A stretch of 64,000 bases of DNA. It comes from an uncultured Acidimicrobiia bacterium (GTDB taxonomy: Bacteria; Actinomycetota; Acidimicrobiia; Acidimicrobiales; CAZWPY01). The notes under the pieces are model-generated. The model saw only the letters and a program-made list of their open reading frames with translations. It was not told the DNA's origin and did not search any database. The position numbers and the translations under genes were made by a program. Positions within the stretch are counted from its first letter, which is position 1, and each line of letters starts with the position of its first letter. The stretch lies in contig CAZWPY010000003.1 of the NCBI GenBank assembly GCA_964635475.1, forward strand, positions 6,303-70,302, given 5' to 3'. Shown one piece after another: positions 1-9,158 of the stretch.

Positions 1-2
1 AT

Positions 3-116
3 CCGCTTCCGCGTTACTTCTTCTTGATGAAGGAGCTGGAGCTGCTACTCGGCGGCGCGACACTGCAGCTGCGCGAATTGGGACGAGTACTGGCGGGAGC
101 TGCGACACCCGCGTGA
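3..116 (+). CDS. Acyl-CoA dehydrogenase, C-terminal fragment (gene enters from the left edge)
   Basis: My translation of frame 3 gives PLPRYFFLMKELELLLGGATLQLRELGRVLAGAATPA*. This resembles the C-terminal helix of FadE27-type actinobacterial ACAD subunits (consensus like PLHRYFLxAKxLExxLGG). Confidence 0.7.
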   Translation, partial: PLPRYFFLMKELELLLGGATLQLRELGRVLAGAATPA

Positions 117-145
117 TGAGCCCGTTAGGGCTCGACCGGCGCTGA

Positions 146-1369
146 TCAGCAGACCGTGGCCATGATGCGGATCGGTGAGCGCATCAAATTGGTTGCCATC
201 CAGTCGATTTCGATGACGTCGATTCGGGAGAAGCTGGTGGCGAGCGCGTGGAGCAGCGAACGCGCTTGCATTCTGGCGAACTCGCGACCAATGCAGAGGT
301 GCGGTCCGTAGCCGAAGGCCAACGCGGGGTTGGGGTCGCGGTCGGCGATGAGTTCGTCGGGGCGGGTGAACACGGCGGGATCGCGGTTGGCCGCCCCCAG
401 CGAGCACACGATGCGGTCACCCGCGTGCAGCTCCGCGCCCGCGAGCTGTCGTGTGGTCGTGACGGTGCGCGTCGCCCACTGCGACGGCGACGACAAACGT
501 AAAACCTCGCCGAGAAAGAGCTCGCTGCTGCGCGGGTCGGCAGCGACCAGTGCGAGGGGGCGTGTGACCCCCGAGTCGACGGCGGGCCACGGCGTGATTC
601 GTCCGGTGCTCGCCGACTCGAGCAGCACGTGCGCGAGTAGCGACGATACCGAGTTGAGCCCGCCGTTGGGCAACGTCAGCCACGCGCCTGCGCCGACGAG
701 GGTCGCAGCTCTGATCGCGGCCCGAGTTGGTTCAACAGGCCCGCCGAGGATCTGTGTGGTCAAGTCAGCGGGCCAGTTGCCCGTGCTGGCCCGTGAGCGC
801 ACGATTTGCCGAAACGCTGCCGCTTGCTGGCGGATCGCGCTTCTCCCAAGACCGTGGCGCTGCTCGCTGAGCTCGTCGCCGCCGGTGATGAGCCAATCGA
901 GGCGCGAGAGTTCGATCAACCCGCCGAGTTCCCGCAACATGTCGAGCGTCGCGACGTCGACGCCGGTGAGCGCGGCCATGGCCCGACGGCTCATCGGCAG
1001 TGACAGCGCCGCGTGGACGTCGACGGGAGTCCCGCGAGGGACCGACGCGACGAGTTCGGCGGCTAGTTCATCGAGTTGCGGCTGAATCCAGCCGAGCGCC
1101 TTTCGGCCAAAGCTCGGGGCGATCCGCTGCCGTTCAGCGCCATGAGCCCCCGGCGGAAGCGAGACGATGCCGAATATCGCCGCGTCACCGTCGATGCCCG
1201 ACGACGAGAAGTCATCCGGGTTGCCGAGCACCTCAAGGGTGTGGCGGTGTGACACCACGATCCAGCCGGGCCGGTCGGGAATCCGTATGACGTCGCCCCG
1301 CTCGCGGATCGCCGCGAAGGCCGCGCTCGGGTCCTGCCTCGCGTCTGGCCCCAGCATCGAGAGGTACAC
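146..1369 (-). CDS. Cytochrome P450 with atypical I-helix
   Basis: Heme motif FGYGPHLCIG, ExxR (EVLR), SLGAANRDP and FTRPDELIADR meander; 407 aa; GTG start. Confidence 0.9.
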   Translation of the reverse strand: MYLSMLGPDARQDPSAAFAAIRERGDVIRIPDRPGWIVVSHRHTLEVLGNPDDFSSSGIDGDAAIFGIVSLPPGAHGAERQRIAPSFGRKALGWIQPQLDELAAELVASVPRGTPVDVHAALSLPMSRRAMAALTGVDVATLDMLRELGGLIELSRLDWLITGGDELSEQRHGLGRSAIRQQAAAFRQIVRSRASTGNWPADLTTQILGGPVEPTRAAIRAATLVGAGAWLTLPNGGLNSVSSLLAHVLLESASTGRITPWPAVDSGVTRPLALVAADPRSSELFLGEVLRLSSPSQWATRTVTTTRQLAGAELHAGDRIVCSLGAANRDPAVFTRPDELIADRDPNPALAFGYGPHLCIGREFARMQARSLLHALATSFSRIDVIEIDWMATNLMRSPIRIMATVC

Positions 1370-1378
1370 GCGTGCACT

Positions 1379-2566
1379 CTAAGAGCCACGCGCCGCGCCG
1401 TCGTGAGTGTCGTTGGGCCTGAACGTCACGACGAGGCGCGTGAGCCCGCCGAATACTGAGGCTGAGGGGCGCGCGGCGTCGTCGATCCTCGCGAGCGGTG
1501 CGGCGCTGACGCAGGCGAGCAACATCTCTTTGAGTTGTTGTTGAGCCAGGGGAGCACCAAGGCAGTGGTGGATACCGCCGCCAAAAGCGAGTGGCGTGTC
1601 GGTGCGACCCCGCCGCAAGCGATACGGGTCGGAGAAGACGTGCCCATCGTGGTTCGCGGCCTCAAGCCACACCGTGAGCAGTTCTCCGCGACGAACGTCG
1701 AGCCCGCCCAAGGAGTGTGGCTCGATCACGACCCGGCCCGTCACGCGGGTCGGGCTCGCGCTACGTAGGCACTCCGACACCCACCACGCGGGCGGCTGGC
1801 CCGCGATCACCTCTGCCGGGTCGAGCGCGAGTGCGCCACTCAGTGTCGCGGCCAGCGTCCAGGTGAGCAGCAGCGCAGTGGTGTGGAAGCCGGCGACGGC
1901 GAGGTCGCACCACACGTCGAGGGCCTCACTGGGGTCGAGCAGATCGGCCGCGACGGCTTCACGTAACACGTGCGGCGCGGGCGCGTCGGTGGCCAGCGCG
2001 GCGGCCGCTAGACCCCGCAGGTCGCCAGCCGCGGTCGCGAGTCGCGTGCCGCCGATCGATTGGCCGTACACACCGAGCAGAGCCATCGCGGGAGCGCGGA
2101 GGGCGTCGGCCTCGGTTCCCAGCAGGTGCGCGACCCGCCGACGGGCAAGTGGTTCGCACAGGTGTGTGTAGAGATCGACCGGCGCGCGCTGGGCGACAAA
2201 CGAATCGAAACGATCGATGATCGAATCGATGGGCTGCTGCGTGATCTGGCGGAACAGGGGAGCGATCGCTGCACGTACTCGGGTGTGTTGCGGCGGATTC
2301 ATTGCCGTCAGTGAACGGCGCAGGTCGAAAGGCTCGTGTTCGAGGAACGCGCTGACCGCTGCGTTGTGGTCGACGGCGACGTGCGTGCTGCGTAGGACCG
2401 CGTGACACATCTGATAACTGGCGACCACGACACCGAGCCGTCGGGTACGAAGAATGCCGCCGTGCGCGTGCGCGAGCGCGATCGACTCGCGCACCGCGGC
2501 GGGCTCAGTGTCGTTCCAACTGCTGTCGAGTTGCTCGCGAGCGCGGCGGCGCGATTCCCGATTCAC
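1379..2566 (-). CDS. Cytochrome P450
   Basis: Heme motif FGGGIHHCLG, ECLR, AGFHTT and LTAMNPPQHTRVR. Start moved from the ORF-track 3082 to the GTG at 2566, 2 bp after the methyltransferase stop and preceded by AGGA. Confidence 0.88.
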   Translation of the reverse strand: MNRESRRRAREQLDSSWNDTEPAAVRESIALAHAHGGILRTRRLGVVVASYQMCHAVLRSTHVAVDHNAAVSAFLEHEPFDLRRSLTAMNPPQHTRVRAAIAPLFRQITQQPIDSIIDRFDSFVAQRAPVDLYTHLCEPLARRRVAHLLGTEADALRAPAMALLGVYGQSIGGTRLATAAGDLRGLAAAALATDAPAPHVLREAVAADLLDPSEALDVWCDLAVAGFHTTALLLTWTLAATLSGALALDPAEVIAGQPPAWWVSECLRSASPTRVTGRVVIEPHSLGGLDVRRGELLTVWLEAANHDGHVFSDPYRLRRGRTDTPLAFGGGIHHCLGAPLAQQQLKEMLLACVSAAPLARIDDAARPSASVFGGLTRLVVTFRPNDTHDGAARGS

Positions 2567-2568
2567 GG

Positions 2569-3474
2569 CTAGTCCTGCGTGTCGAGCAGTGAACGTTCGA
2601 GCAGGTTCCGCGTTTGTCGGCGCAGGCGACGGGCGGGCACTCCCAGTACGTGGCGCCAGGAATCGGCGACCGGTTGGGCAGCGGCGGGTGCGCGTCCGGC
2701 CCACGTCCAGTAGGACATGAGCCCTCGTTCCATCGCCGTAAACACCGTTGCGTTCGTTGCGTCGAAGGAGCGCATCGCAGCAACGAGGCGTGGATCGTGT
2801 GATCCGCGCGAGCTGTCGGCGACCCACTCGCGTCGCTGGCGAGCGGCCCGCAGTACTCCCTCGGTGATGTCTCGCGAGCGGAAGTCGGTCAACCCCAAGC
2901 CGTCCTCGGCCGCGAGGAATCGAGCGAAGTCCGCTGGCTCGGACCCGACGCCGATCCCGGCGATCGCAACCCAACCTCCCGTTATGCATACCCGTCGCAT
3001 CTCGCAGGAGGCCGCAACTACGTCGGCGCAGTAGTGCAACGTCTCGATCGCCATGACGAGCGCCGCGCTCGCCGTGCGGCACGGAGCGTGTTGGGTGTCG
3101 CCGACGGCGCCGAGGTGATGCGCGCCAGGCCGACGAACACCGGTTCGCACGAGCGCCTCGACAAGGTCGATTGCGACGCAGTGCACAGCGGTCGCGGGCG
3201 ATGTGGTGGTGAATGCAGCCGTTGCGTTATCGAGGTTGGCGCCCAGACCTGCGCCGAGCTCGATGATGGGCCCGGCTGCGAGCGGGCCGACGATCGAGGC
3301 CAACGCGTCGCGAACCCCCATCGCGTCGGGTCGCCAGGTCTGGCCCCGCTCGGTATGGCCGACGTTGAGGCTCGCGATCGATCCGAGCTGCGCGAGCCGA
3401 GACGGCGTGAGGTGGTACGCCCTACGAACCGCAGCGTGTAGTTCGGCTTCCGCTCGCGGCGTGGGCGTGGTCAC
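2569..3474 (-). CDS. Class I SAM-dependent methyltransferase (resembles Rv2952/fatty-acid O-methyltransferase type)
   Basis: Motif I IELGAGLG, AIETLHY, RDITEGVLRA and C-terminal VFTAMERGLMSYW. GTG start at 3474 overlaps the upstream stop (GTGA). The ORF-track extension to 4449 is spurious. Confidence 0.8.
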   Translation of the reverse strand: MTTPTPRAEAELHAAVRRAYHLTPSRLAQLGSIASLNVGHTERGQTWRPDAMGVRDALASIVGPLAAGPIIELGAGLGANLDNATAAFTTTSPATAVHCVAIDLVEALVRTGVRRPGAHHLGAVGDTQHAPCRTASAALVMAIETLHYCADVVAASCEMRRVCITGGWVAIAGIGVGSEPADFARFLAAEDGLGLTDFRSRDITEGVLRAARQRREWVADSSRGSHDPRLVAAMRSFDATNATVFTAMERGLMSYWTWAGRAPAAAQPVADSWRHVLGVPARRLRRQTRNLLERSLLDTQD

Positions 3475-4421
3475 GGCCGGCTCGTGCGAGTTGCGCCGGG
3501 TTCGGGCGCCCGGAAACGCTCGAGGTCGCGCCGAATTTTCAGGATCCCGTTCTCCCCAGGTGCCAGCAACGGATCGCTGAGCCATACCTTGTGGTTCCAG
3601 ATCGCGGCGTCCTGTTCCATTTGCACGTGCACGGCTCGGAAGAATTGCCGGGAGAGCGATGTGAGAAGCGTTGTCGAGGCCGCGCCGGGGGTGTGAGCTC
3701 GGCCGGGCCCCGCCGGCTGTGTCGAGAGCCCGACGTGAACCGTCACCTCGGTGGCGCCTCGTGGCACGACCGAGGTGATCAGCATCGCGTCGAGCAGGCC
3801 CGCGACCCGCAGTGTCGACAGGAGCAGTCCTGGGCCGTGCGCGGTGGAGTGCACCTCGGTTGTGCCGTCGCTGCCGTCGAGCGTGGGCATACGTTGCAGC
3901 GAGCGGATATGACGGATCGGGCCCACCCAGCGGTCTTCCAGCACTACGGGTGTCGTCGCCGGGGCATGGATCGTCGAGAAGTGGGCCCAGTCGACTGAGT
4001 TCTCTGCGATGTCCATCCACGTCGTGTGGATCGGGTAACTCGACCAGTGCCAAGCAGCCACGGGCACCGGGTCGGGCGGGAGTTCCCAGTGCGGCGCGTC
4101 GCCGCCAGGGTGCCACCAAAACCACGTCCGACCGGCCCACACGCCGACAGGCAGTCCGTCTGCTGCTGGCGGTCTCCCACAGCGCGGGCACCGCAGCTGT
4201 CCTCGGGCTGGCGCTGGTTTGACCCACAGCGGCGCGCCGTCGTGTTGGCATCGCGGCGACGACACGGCAGCGGGTTCGCGGGTGTTGAGCCACTCGCGAC
4301 CAAAGGCCACGAAACGCCCGACGCGGTGTGTGTCGTGCGGCGGCAACTCGGGTGTGACGTACCAGCCGAAGGGGAACCAGCCCGGTGAGTTTGCCCGCGA
4401 CGCGCCGGGCGCGGGGTTCAT
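3471..4421 (-). CDS. KshA/Neverland-like Rieske oxygenase variant (CxH-x17-CxxC)
   Basis: FPFGWY N-terminus, non-heme iron motif ENSVDWAHFSTIH, C-terminal EQDAAIWNHK. ATG at 4421 overlaps the upstream stop (ATGA). Confidence 0.8.
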   Translation of the reverse strand: MNPAPGASRANSPGWFPFGWYVTPELPPHDTHRVGRFVAFGREWLNTREPAAVSSPRCQHDGAPLWVKPAPARGQLRCPRCGRPPAADGLPVGVWAGRTWFWWHPGGDAPHWELPPDPVPVAAWHWSSYPIHTTWMDIAENSVDWAHFSTIHAPATTPVVLEDRWVGPIRHIRSLQRMPTLDGSDGTTEVHSTAHGPGLLLSTLRVAGLLDAMLITSVVPRGATEVTVHVGLSTQPAGPGRAHTPGAASTTLLTSLSRQFFRAVHVQMEQDAAIWNHKVWLSDPLLAPGENGILKIRRDLERFRAPEPGATRTSRP

Positions 4422-5095
4422 TGCGGTCGGGCCGGCTCGCGCACGACAAACGCCGAGATCGCGGGACTGAGTGCTCGTGTCGCGGTTGCAGTGACCTCGT
4501 CGGCCACGGGCTCGCCCGGCACTGTGGTGAGCGGAATCACGCCCGCCCACACCGGCCACTTGGTCAGGTCGTCCTCGTCATCGATCGGAGCGCCGGAACG
4601 GACCTTCGCCGAGGCTTCGTCGAGTGAGAACGCAAACACCATGGTCGCGGCCAGTTCCTTTGCGGTTGGCGGACGAGTTTCGCCGCTGCGGCCGGGCAGC
4701 ACGTGATCGGTCAATGTCTTCAGCAGTTCGAGCTTTTCGTCGGCGTCGGTGACAACTCGGGCGGACCCTTGCACCACCACAGCGCGGTAGTTCATCGAGT
4801 GGTGAAACCACGAGCGCGCCGCGACGATTCCATCGAGCGACCACGCGGTTACGCATGCTTGCGCGCCAGCCTTGAGCGCGCGGCTGAGCCGTGATGCGGG
4901 TGACGCGTGTGTGACGAGTTCGTCGCCGCACCGAGCGATTACCTGCGGCAGCGCGAGGGGGCCAGCTTGATCGGCGATGGCGACGACACCGATCGAGACC
5001 GAGTCGAGGATCGTGTCGACGGTCTCGCGGTCGTAGCGGCCGCGGCCGCTGAAACGAACCTTCGAACGAGCTGAGGGCGAGGTTGCGTCGATCAC
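4418..5095 (-). CDS. Pyridoxamine 5'-phosphate oxidase-like (Pyridox_ox_2) flavin-binding protein
   Basis: RGRYDRETVDTILD, LDGIVAARSWFHHSMNYRAVVVQG, SAKVRSGAPIDDEDD and WAGVIPL are typical of the family. Start estimated at GTG 5095. Confidence 0.85.
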   Translation of the reverse strand: MIDATSPSARSKVRFSGRGRYDRETVDTILDSVSIGVVAIADQAGPLALPQVIARCGDELVTHASPASRLSRALKAGAQACVTAWSLDGIVAARSWFHHSMNYRAVVVQGSARVVTDADEKLELLKTLTDHVLPGRSGETRPPTAKELAATMVFAFSLDEASAKVRSGAPIDDEDDLTKWPVWAGVIPLTTVPGEPVADEVTATATRALSPAISAFVVREPARPQ

Positions 5096-5264
5096 CGCGC
5101 CATTGTGGCGCACCGGCGGTGCCGCGCCACCGTGATGGGGTGTGGCGCACAGGCGATGCTGCGAACGGGGGGTCGAGCCTCTTGTTCCCCCTCGTGGCTG
5201 AGGAGTCTCTACGATGCGTGCCGACACGGCGGCGGGGGTCGGCCGTGACGATGGAGGAGTCGAC

Positions 5265-7046
5265 ATGTCAGCTCACACCGCTCGTCGTGGGATCCACGGC
5301 CGACGTCTGTTGCGTTCGCGTCGAGTTCGTGCTGGCGTCGCACTCGCGCTGTTATTGACCGCGGGCGCGTGTGGCGAGACCGACAAGCAGACATCGGGTT
5401 CATCGGCGCTCGACACGACTCGCGCCGAGAAGGTGGCCGAACTCGCGGCCGGCATGGAACCACAGGGCGGCCCGGGCGAAACCGTCAAAGTGATCGTGCG
5501 CGACAACGTCTTTGACCCTGAGGTGCTCGTGATCAAGCCGGGCACAACGGTGCAGTGGGTCAACGAGGGCCGCAATTCGCACAACATCTACCCTGCGCTG
5601 GAGGGCGACTTTGCACCGGTCAAGACCGGTGACTTTGGCCCCGGCGATGTGGCGTCGATCACCTTCGACGATCCGGCGGAGATCTTCTACTACTGCACGA
5701 TTCACGGAACTCTCGACAAAAACAAGCTGCCCAAAGGCCAAAAGGGTCTGATCGTTGTCAGCGAAACTCCTGTCGACGCCGCGGCCACCGACGAATCAAG
5801 CTCGGTGGACGGTGGCGATGACGAAGCTGCGGCAACGATTAACGTCCCCGACGACTACCCAACCATCCAAGCTGCTGTCGACGCCGCCGAGCCGGGCGCT
5901 TTGATCTTGATCGCTCCCGGCACGTATCACGAAGCCGTTGTCGTGACGACGCCGGAGTTGGTGATTCGCGGTCTCGATCGCAACGAGGTCGTGCTTGATG
6001 GCGAGTTCGAACTAGAGAACGGTTTTAAGGTTGTTGAAGCCGATGGCGTCGCGATCGAAAACATGACCGCGATCAACTACACACGTAACGGATTCTTCTG
6101 GACCGGCGTGACCGGTTACCGCGGCTCATACCTCTCCACGACACGTACGGGCGACTACGGGATTTACGCGTTCGACTCGACAAAGGGTCAATTCGACCAC
6201 TCGTACGGGTCGGGTTCGCCCGACGCCGGGTTCTACATCGGGCAGTGCAACCCGTGCGACGCGGTCCTCGACAACGTGATCGCCGAGTACAACGGACTGG
6301 GCTGGTCGGGCACGAACGCGAGCAAGAACTTGCTGATCGTGAACTCGATTTTCCGTTACAACCGCGCGGGGATTGTGCCCAACTCCGGCGATGGTGAAGC
6401 GCTACCGCCAGAGGACGAGCAAACGATCGTCGGCAACCTCGTCTATTCCAATAACAACGGCCAGACTCCCGCTATCGACGCGGCCAAGTTGGGTCAAGGC
6501 AACGGCATTCTCGTCGCCGGCGGTATCAACAACGTGATCGAGCGAAACCTCGTATGGGATCACGAGGTTGCGGGTATTGCCGCGGTTCCCAACCCCGACA
6601 AGACGTTCTGGATCTCGTCGGGCAACAAAGTGCGCGGCAATGTCGTGAGCGACTCGGGGGAGGCCGACCTCGCCTACTTCGGCGGCGAGGGCAACTGTTT
6701 TGAAGGCAACACGTTCGCCACGTCGCGGCCGTCGAACATCGAGCAGGTCGCGCCCTGTTCGGGGACCGGAATCGAGGCGACCGACGCGCTCGATTTGCAG
6801 AAGTACATCGACGCGACCAAACCAGCCTCGGTCGACTACAAGACCGCGCCGACACCACCGTTGCCCAAACTTGAGGGCATGAAGGACCCGAAGACGGCCA
6901 AGGCTGAGCCGGCGACCAACGTGCCGATGAAGATCGACCTCGCGGCGATCAAGGTGCCGACGAAGCCGACTGATCTTGGTGTTGCGCCGACCCCGGCGCC
7001 CGCCGGCGGATCGACCGCCGCGCCGAGCACGACGTCGAGCAACTAA
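5265..7046 (+). CDS. Lipoprotein with cupredoxin (plastocyanin-like) domain and right-handed parallel beta-helix domain
   Basis: GGAGGAG RBS before ATG 5265; lipobox-like TAGAC; HN..YYCTIHG copper-ligand loop; VPDDYPTIQAAVDAA and repeated G-x-Y/N beta-helix turns; Pro/Thr-rich tail. Confidence 0.8.
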   Translation: MSAHTARRGIHGRRLLRSRRVRAGVALALLLTAGACGETDKQTSGSSALDTTRAEKVAELAAGMEPQGGPGETVKVIVRDNVFDPEVLVIKPGTTVQWVNEGRNSHNIYPALEGDFAPVKTGDFGPGDVASITFDDPAEIFYYCTIHGTLDKNKLPKGQKGLIVVSETPVDAAATDESSSVDGGDDEAAATINVPDDYPTIQAAVDAAEPGALILIAPGTYHEAVVVTTPELVIRGLDRNEVVLDGEFELENGFKVVEADGVAIENMTAINYTRNGFFWTGVTGYRGSYLSTTRTGDYGIYAFDSTKGQFDHSYGSGSPDAGFYIGQCNPCDAVLDNVIAEYNGLGWSGTNASKNLLIVNSIFRYNRAGIVPNSGDGEALPPEDEQTIVGNLVYSNNNGQTPAIDAAKLGQGNGILVAGGINNVIERNLVWDHEVAGIAAVPNPDKTFWISSGNKVRGNVVSDSGEADLAYFGGEGNCFEGNTFATSRPSNIEQVAPCSGTGIEATDALDLQKYIDATKPASVDYKTAPTPPLPKLEGMKDPKTAKAEPATNVPMKIDLAAIKVPTKPTDLGVAPTPAPAGGSTAAPSTTSSN

Positions 7047-7056
7047 CTCGCGGCAG

Positions 7057-7091
7057 GCCTGGCGGTCAGGGGGCGTCCCCGGCCGCCAGGC
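7057..7091. terminator. GC-rich hairpin between convergent genes
   Basis: GCCTGGCGGTC (7057-7067) pairs with GGCCGCCAGGC (7081-7091) with one G-T wobble; no poly-U tract. Confidence 0.45.
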
Positions 7092-7149
7092 TCGGCTGTG
7101 CCGTTAGCGGCTGTCAGGGACAGCCTGTGCCGTTAGGCAAGCTGCGCGG

Positions 7150-7698
7150 TTAGGGGCACGCAGGGCCGCCGGAGAGTTCGGCCAGACCGCAGAATGTGTT
7201 GCGGCTCATCACCCACGACTCACCCGCGAGCACAGCAAAACCTTTCTGCGCTTTGAGCAACTCGGTGCCGCTGCTCGCCACCGTGTAGATCACCTCGGCG
7301 CACGGCGACGACTCGCCGGCGAGGTCGCACTCCTCGGCCTCGACGAACTTCACCGAGTCGACTGTGGTCGTGAGGGTCTGCGCGATCGTGTTGGAACCAT
7401 TGGCCTCAAGGATCGGCCTCATCGATGGGTCGGTCGCGCCTTCGATTCGTTGCGCCTCGAAGTCGATGTTCGCGACGTTCGCGCCGTTGAGTACTTCGCC
7501 GAACAACGTCGTGATCTGTGTCGTCGCGGCGGCCTCATCGAAGCTGGCGACCGAACTCGAGGAGGCGACCTCGGCTGAATTCGCGCTCGATTGTAGGGCG
7601 ACGCCGGAGGTATCGAGCTCGACGCGACTGCCGCAGGCCGCCACGCCCACGACCGCGAGACACGTTGCCACTCCCCACACCGCTTGAAATCGACGCAT
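7150..7698 (-). CDS. Hypothetical lipoprotein (weak resemblance to MTB12/CFP-2-like lipoproteins)
   Basis: ATG 7698, lipobox VAAC, C-terminal WVMSRNTFCGL..GGPACP with a Cys pair. KstR-type box 10 bp upstream. Confidence 0.7.
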   Translation of the reverse strand: MRRFQAVWGVATCLAVVGVAACGSRVELDTSGVALQSSANSAEVASSSSVASFDEAAATTQITTLFGEVLNGANVANIDFEAQRIEGATDPSMRPILEANGSNTIAQTLTTTVDSVKFVEAEECDLAGESSPCAEVIYTVASSGTELLKAQKGFAVLAGESWVMSRNTFCGLAELSGGPACP

Positions 7699-7708
7699 GG
7701 GGCGTGAG

Positions 7709-7722
7709 TAGAACACGTTCTG
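7709..7722. promoter_or_regulatory. KstR-type operator TAGAACACGTTCTG
   Basis: Differs from TnnAACnnGTTnnA only at the last base; intergenic between the divergent lipoprotein and ABC substrate-binding genes. Confidence 0.75.
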
Positions 7723-7834
7723 CTCGCCTGGGCAAGCGACCCGCGACCTCGCCGCCGCGTAACCATTGCCCGCGATCTGACATGTCGTTAGATTCGGGAC
7801 TCGTCTCGCGAATCTGTGTGGGGCCGGTGAGGGG

Positions 7835-9157
7835 GTGGGTGTGTTCAGAGTCGGTCCGCGGCTCACTTCACGACGTGGTGGTCCGACCCTGATCGCGGGT
7901 CTGCTTCTCGCGGCCCTAGCGGCCAGTTGCGCGGCTCGGGCGAAAGGCCCCGACGTCGTTGGCGTCGCCGATGTTGCTGGCACCGGCGGCGTGTTGGTTG
8001 CCGGTGGTGCGTCGGCCACGCAACAGCCGGGCCTTACCGAGGACACGATCACGTTGTCGGTGCTCGCCGATATCTCGGGTCCGGTTCCCGGCCTTTTCCA
8101 AGGGGCACTCGATGGAATGAAGGCGTGGGCGGCCTACATCAATTCCACCGGTGGAATCGACGGGCGCAAAGTCGAACTCATGACCTTCGACACGAACACC
8201 AACGCGACCGAACATCGCATCGCGACGAAGAAGTCGTGTAACGACGCTTTTGCCATCGTCGGCGGGTTTTCCGTTGCCGACAACGGCGGTGCGGCGGTGG
8301 GCGAGGAGTGTGGGATCCCGACGATCCTGGGTGTCGCAACGTCGGCGTTGGCGAACAATGCGAAAAACACGGTGTCGCCGGTGCCGATTCAGCCGAACAA
8401 GTGGCCGACCGGCCCGGGTCTGTGGATCAAGGAGAACTATCCGGAGGCCATCAAGCGGGCAGCGTTTATGGGCAACGACCACGCGATCTCGGTCAACCAG
8501 CTCGAACGAGCCCGCTACACCTTGGCGAAAATCGGCTTCAACTTTGTGTACGAGGGCCTGACGCCGCAGGTCGAGGCCAACTTGACGCCGTACGTCTTGG
8601 AGATGAAGTCGAAAGACATCGGCTATTTCTCGTGGTCCGCCGAACGCGACACTCTGGCGCGGATCTTGAAGGCGATGGACCAACAGAATTGGCGTCCGGA
8701 AGTTCGCGACTTCACGTCGGTGGTGTACCACAAGCAGTTTCTCGAACTCGCAGGTGATTCGGCCGAAGGTGTGTTGTTCCCGCTGACGAACCCCTTCTGG
8801 TTCGAGGCCGACAAGGTTCCCGAACTGAAGCTGTATCTCGACTGGCTGGAGAAGACGAGTCCTGGCGCCGAGCCCGACATCTTCGGCGTTTACGCGTGGG
8901 CTTCGGGGGTGTTGTTCGAACAAGCTGTCGAGGCCGCGGGCGACGACTTCACCCGCGAGCAGGTTTTGGCCGAAGCACAGGACGTCGACGAGTTCACCGC
9001 CCGCGGCCTGCTGGCCCCGACCAGTCCGAAACGCAAAGAGGCCTCCACGTGTTTCGCTTATGGCTCGGTGAAAGACGGCGAGTTCGTCAGAGTGTTTCCC
9101 GAGGAGGGTTACGACTGTCGAGGCGAGATGTACGTGATTCCAGAGATCAAGGTCTGA
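7835..9157 (+). CDS. ABC transporter substrate-binding lipoprotein (Liv/Peripla_BP_6 type)
   Basis: Lipobox LAASC; GALDGMKAWAAYINSTGGIDGRKVEL; followed by permease and ATPases. Confidence 0.9.
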   Translation: MGVFRVGPRLTSRRGGPTLIAGLLLAALAASCAARAKGPDVVGVADVAGTGGVLVAGGASATQQPGLTEDTITLSVLADISGPVPGLFQGALDGMKAWAAYINSTGGIDGRKVELMTFDTNTNATEHRIATKKSCNDAFAIVGGFSVADNGGAAVGEECGIPTILGVATSALANNAKNTVSPVPIQPNKWPTGPGLWIKENYPEAIKRAAFMGNDHAISVNQLERARYTLAKIGFNFVYEGLTPQVEANLTPYVLEMKSKDIGYFSWSAERDTLARILKAMDQQNWRPEVRDFTSVVYHKQFLELAGDSAEGVLFPLTNPFWFEADKVPELKLYLDWLEKTSPGAEPDIFGVYAWASGVLFEQAVEAAGDDFTREQVLAEAQDVDEFTARGLLAPTSPKRKEASTCFAYGSVKDGEFVRVFPEEGYDCRGEMYVIPEIKV

Positions 9158-9158
9158 C

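Noticed and set aside
2567-4449. Long ORF-track extensions (1379-3082, 2569-4449, 3471-4559) suggesting fusion proteins
   Set aside because: The N-terminal parts are Arg/Pro-rich off-frame readings of neighbouring genes; true starts coincide with stop/start overlaps.
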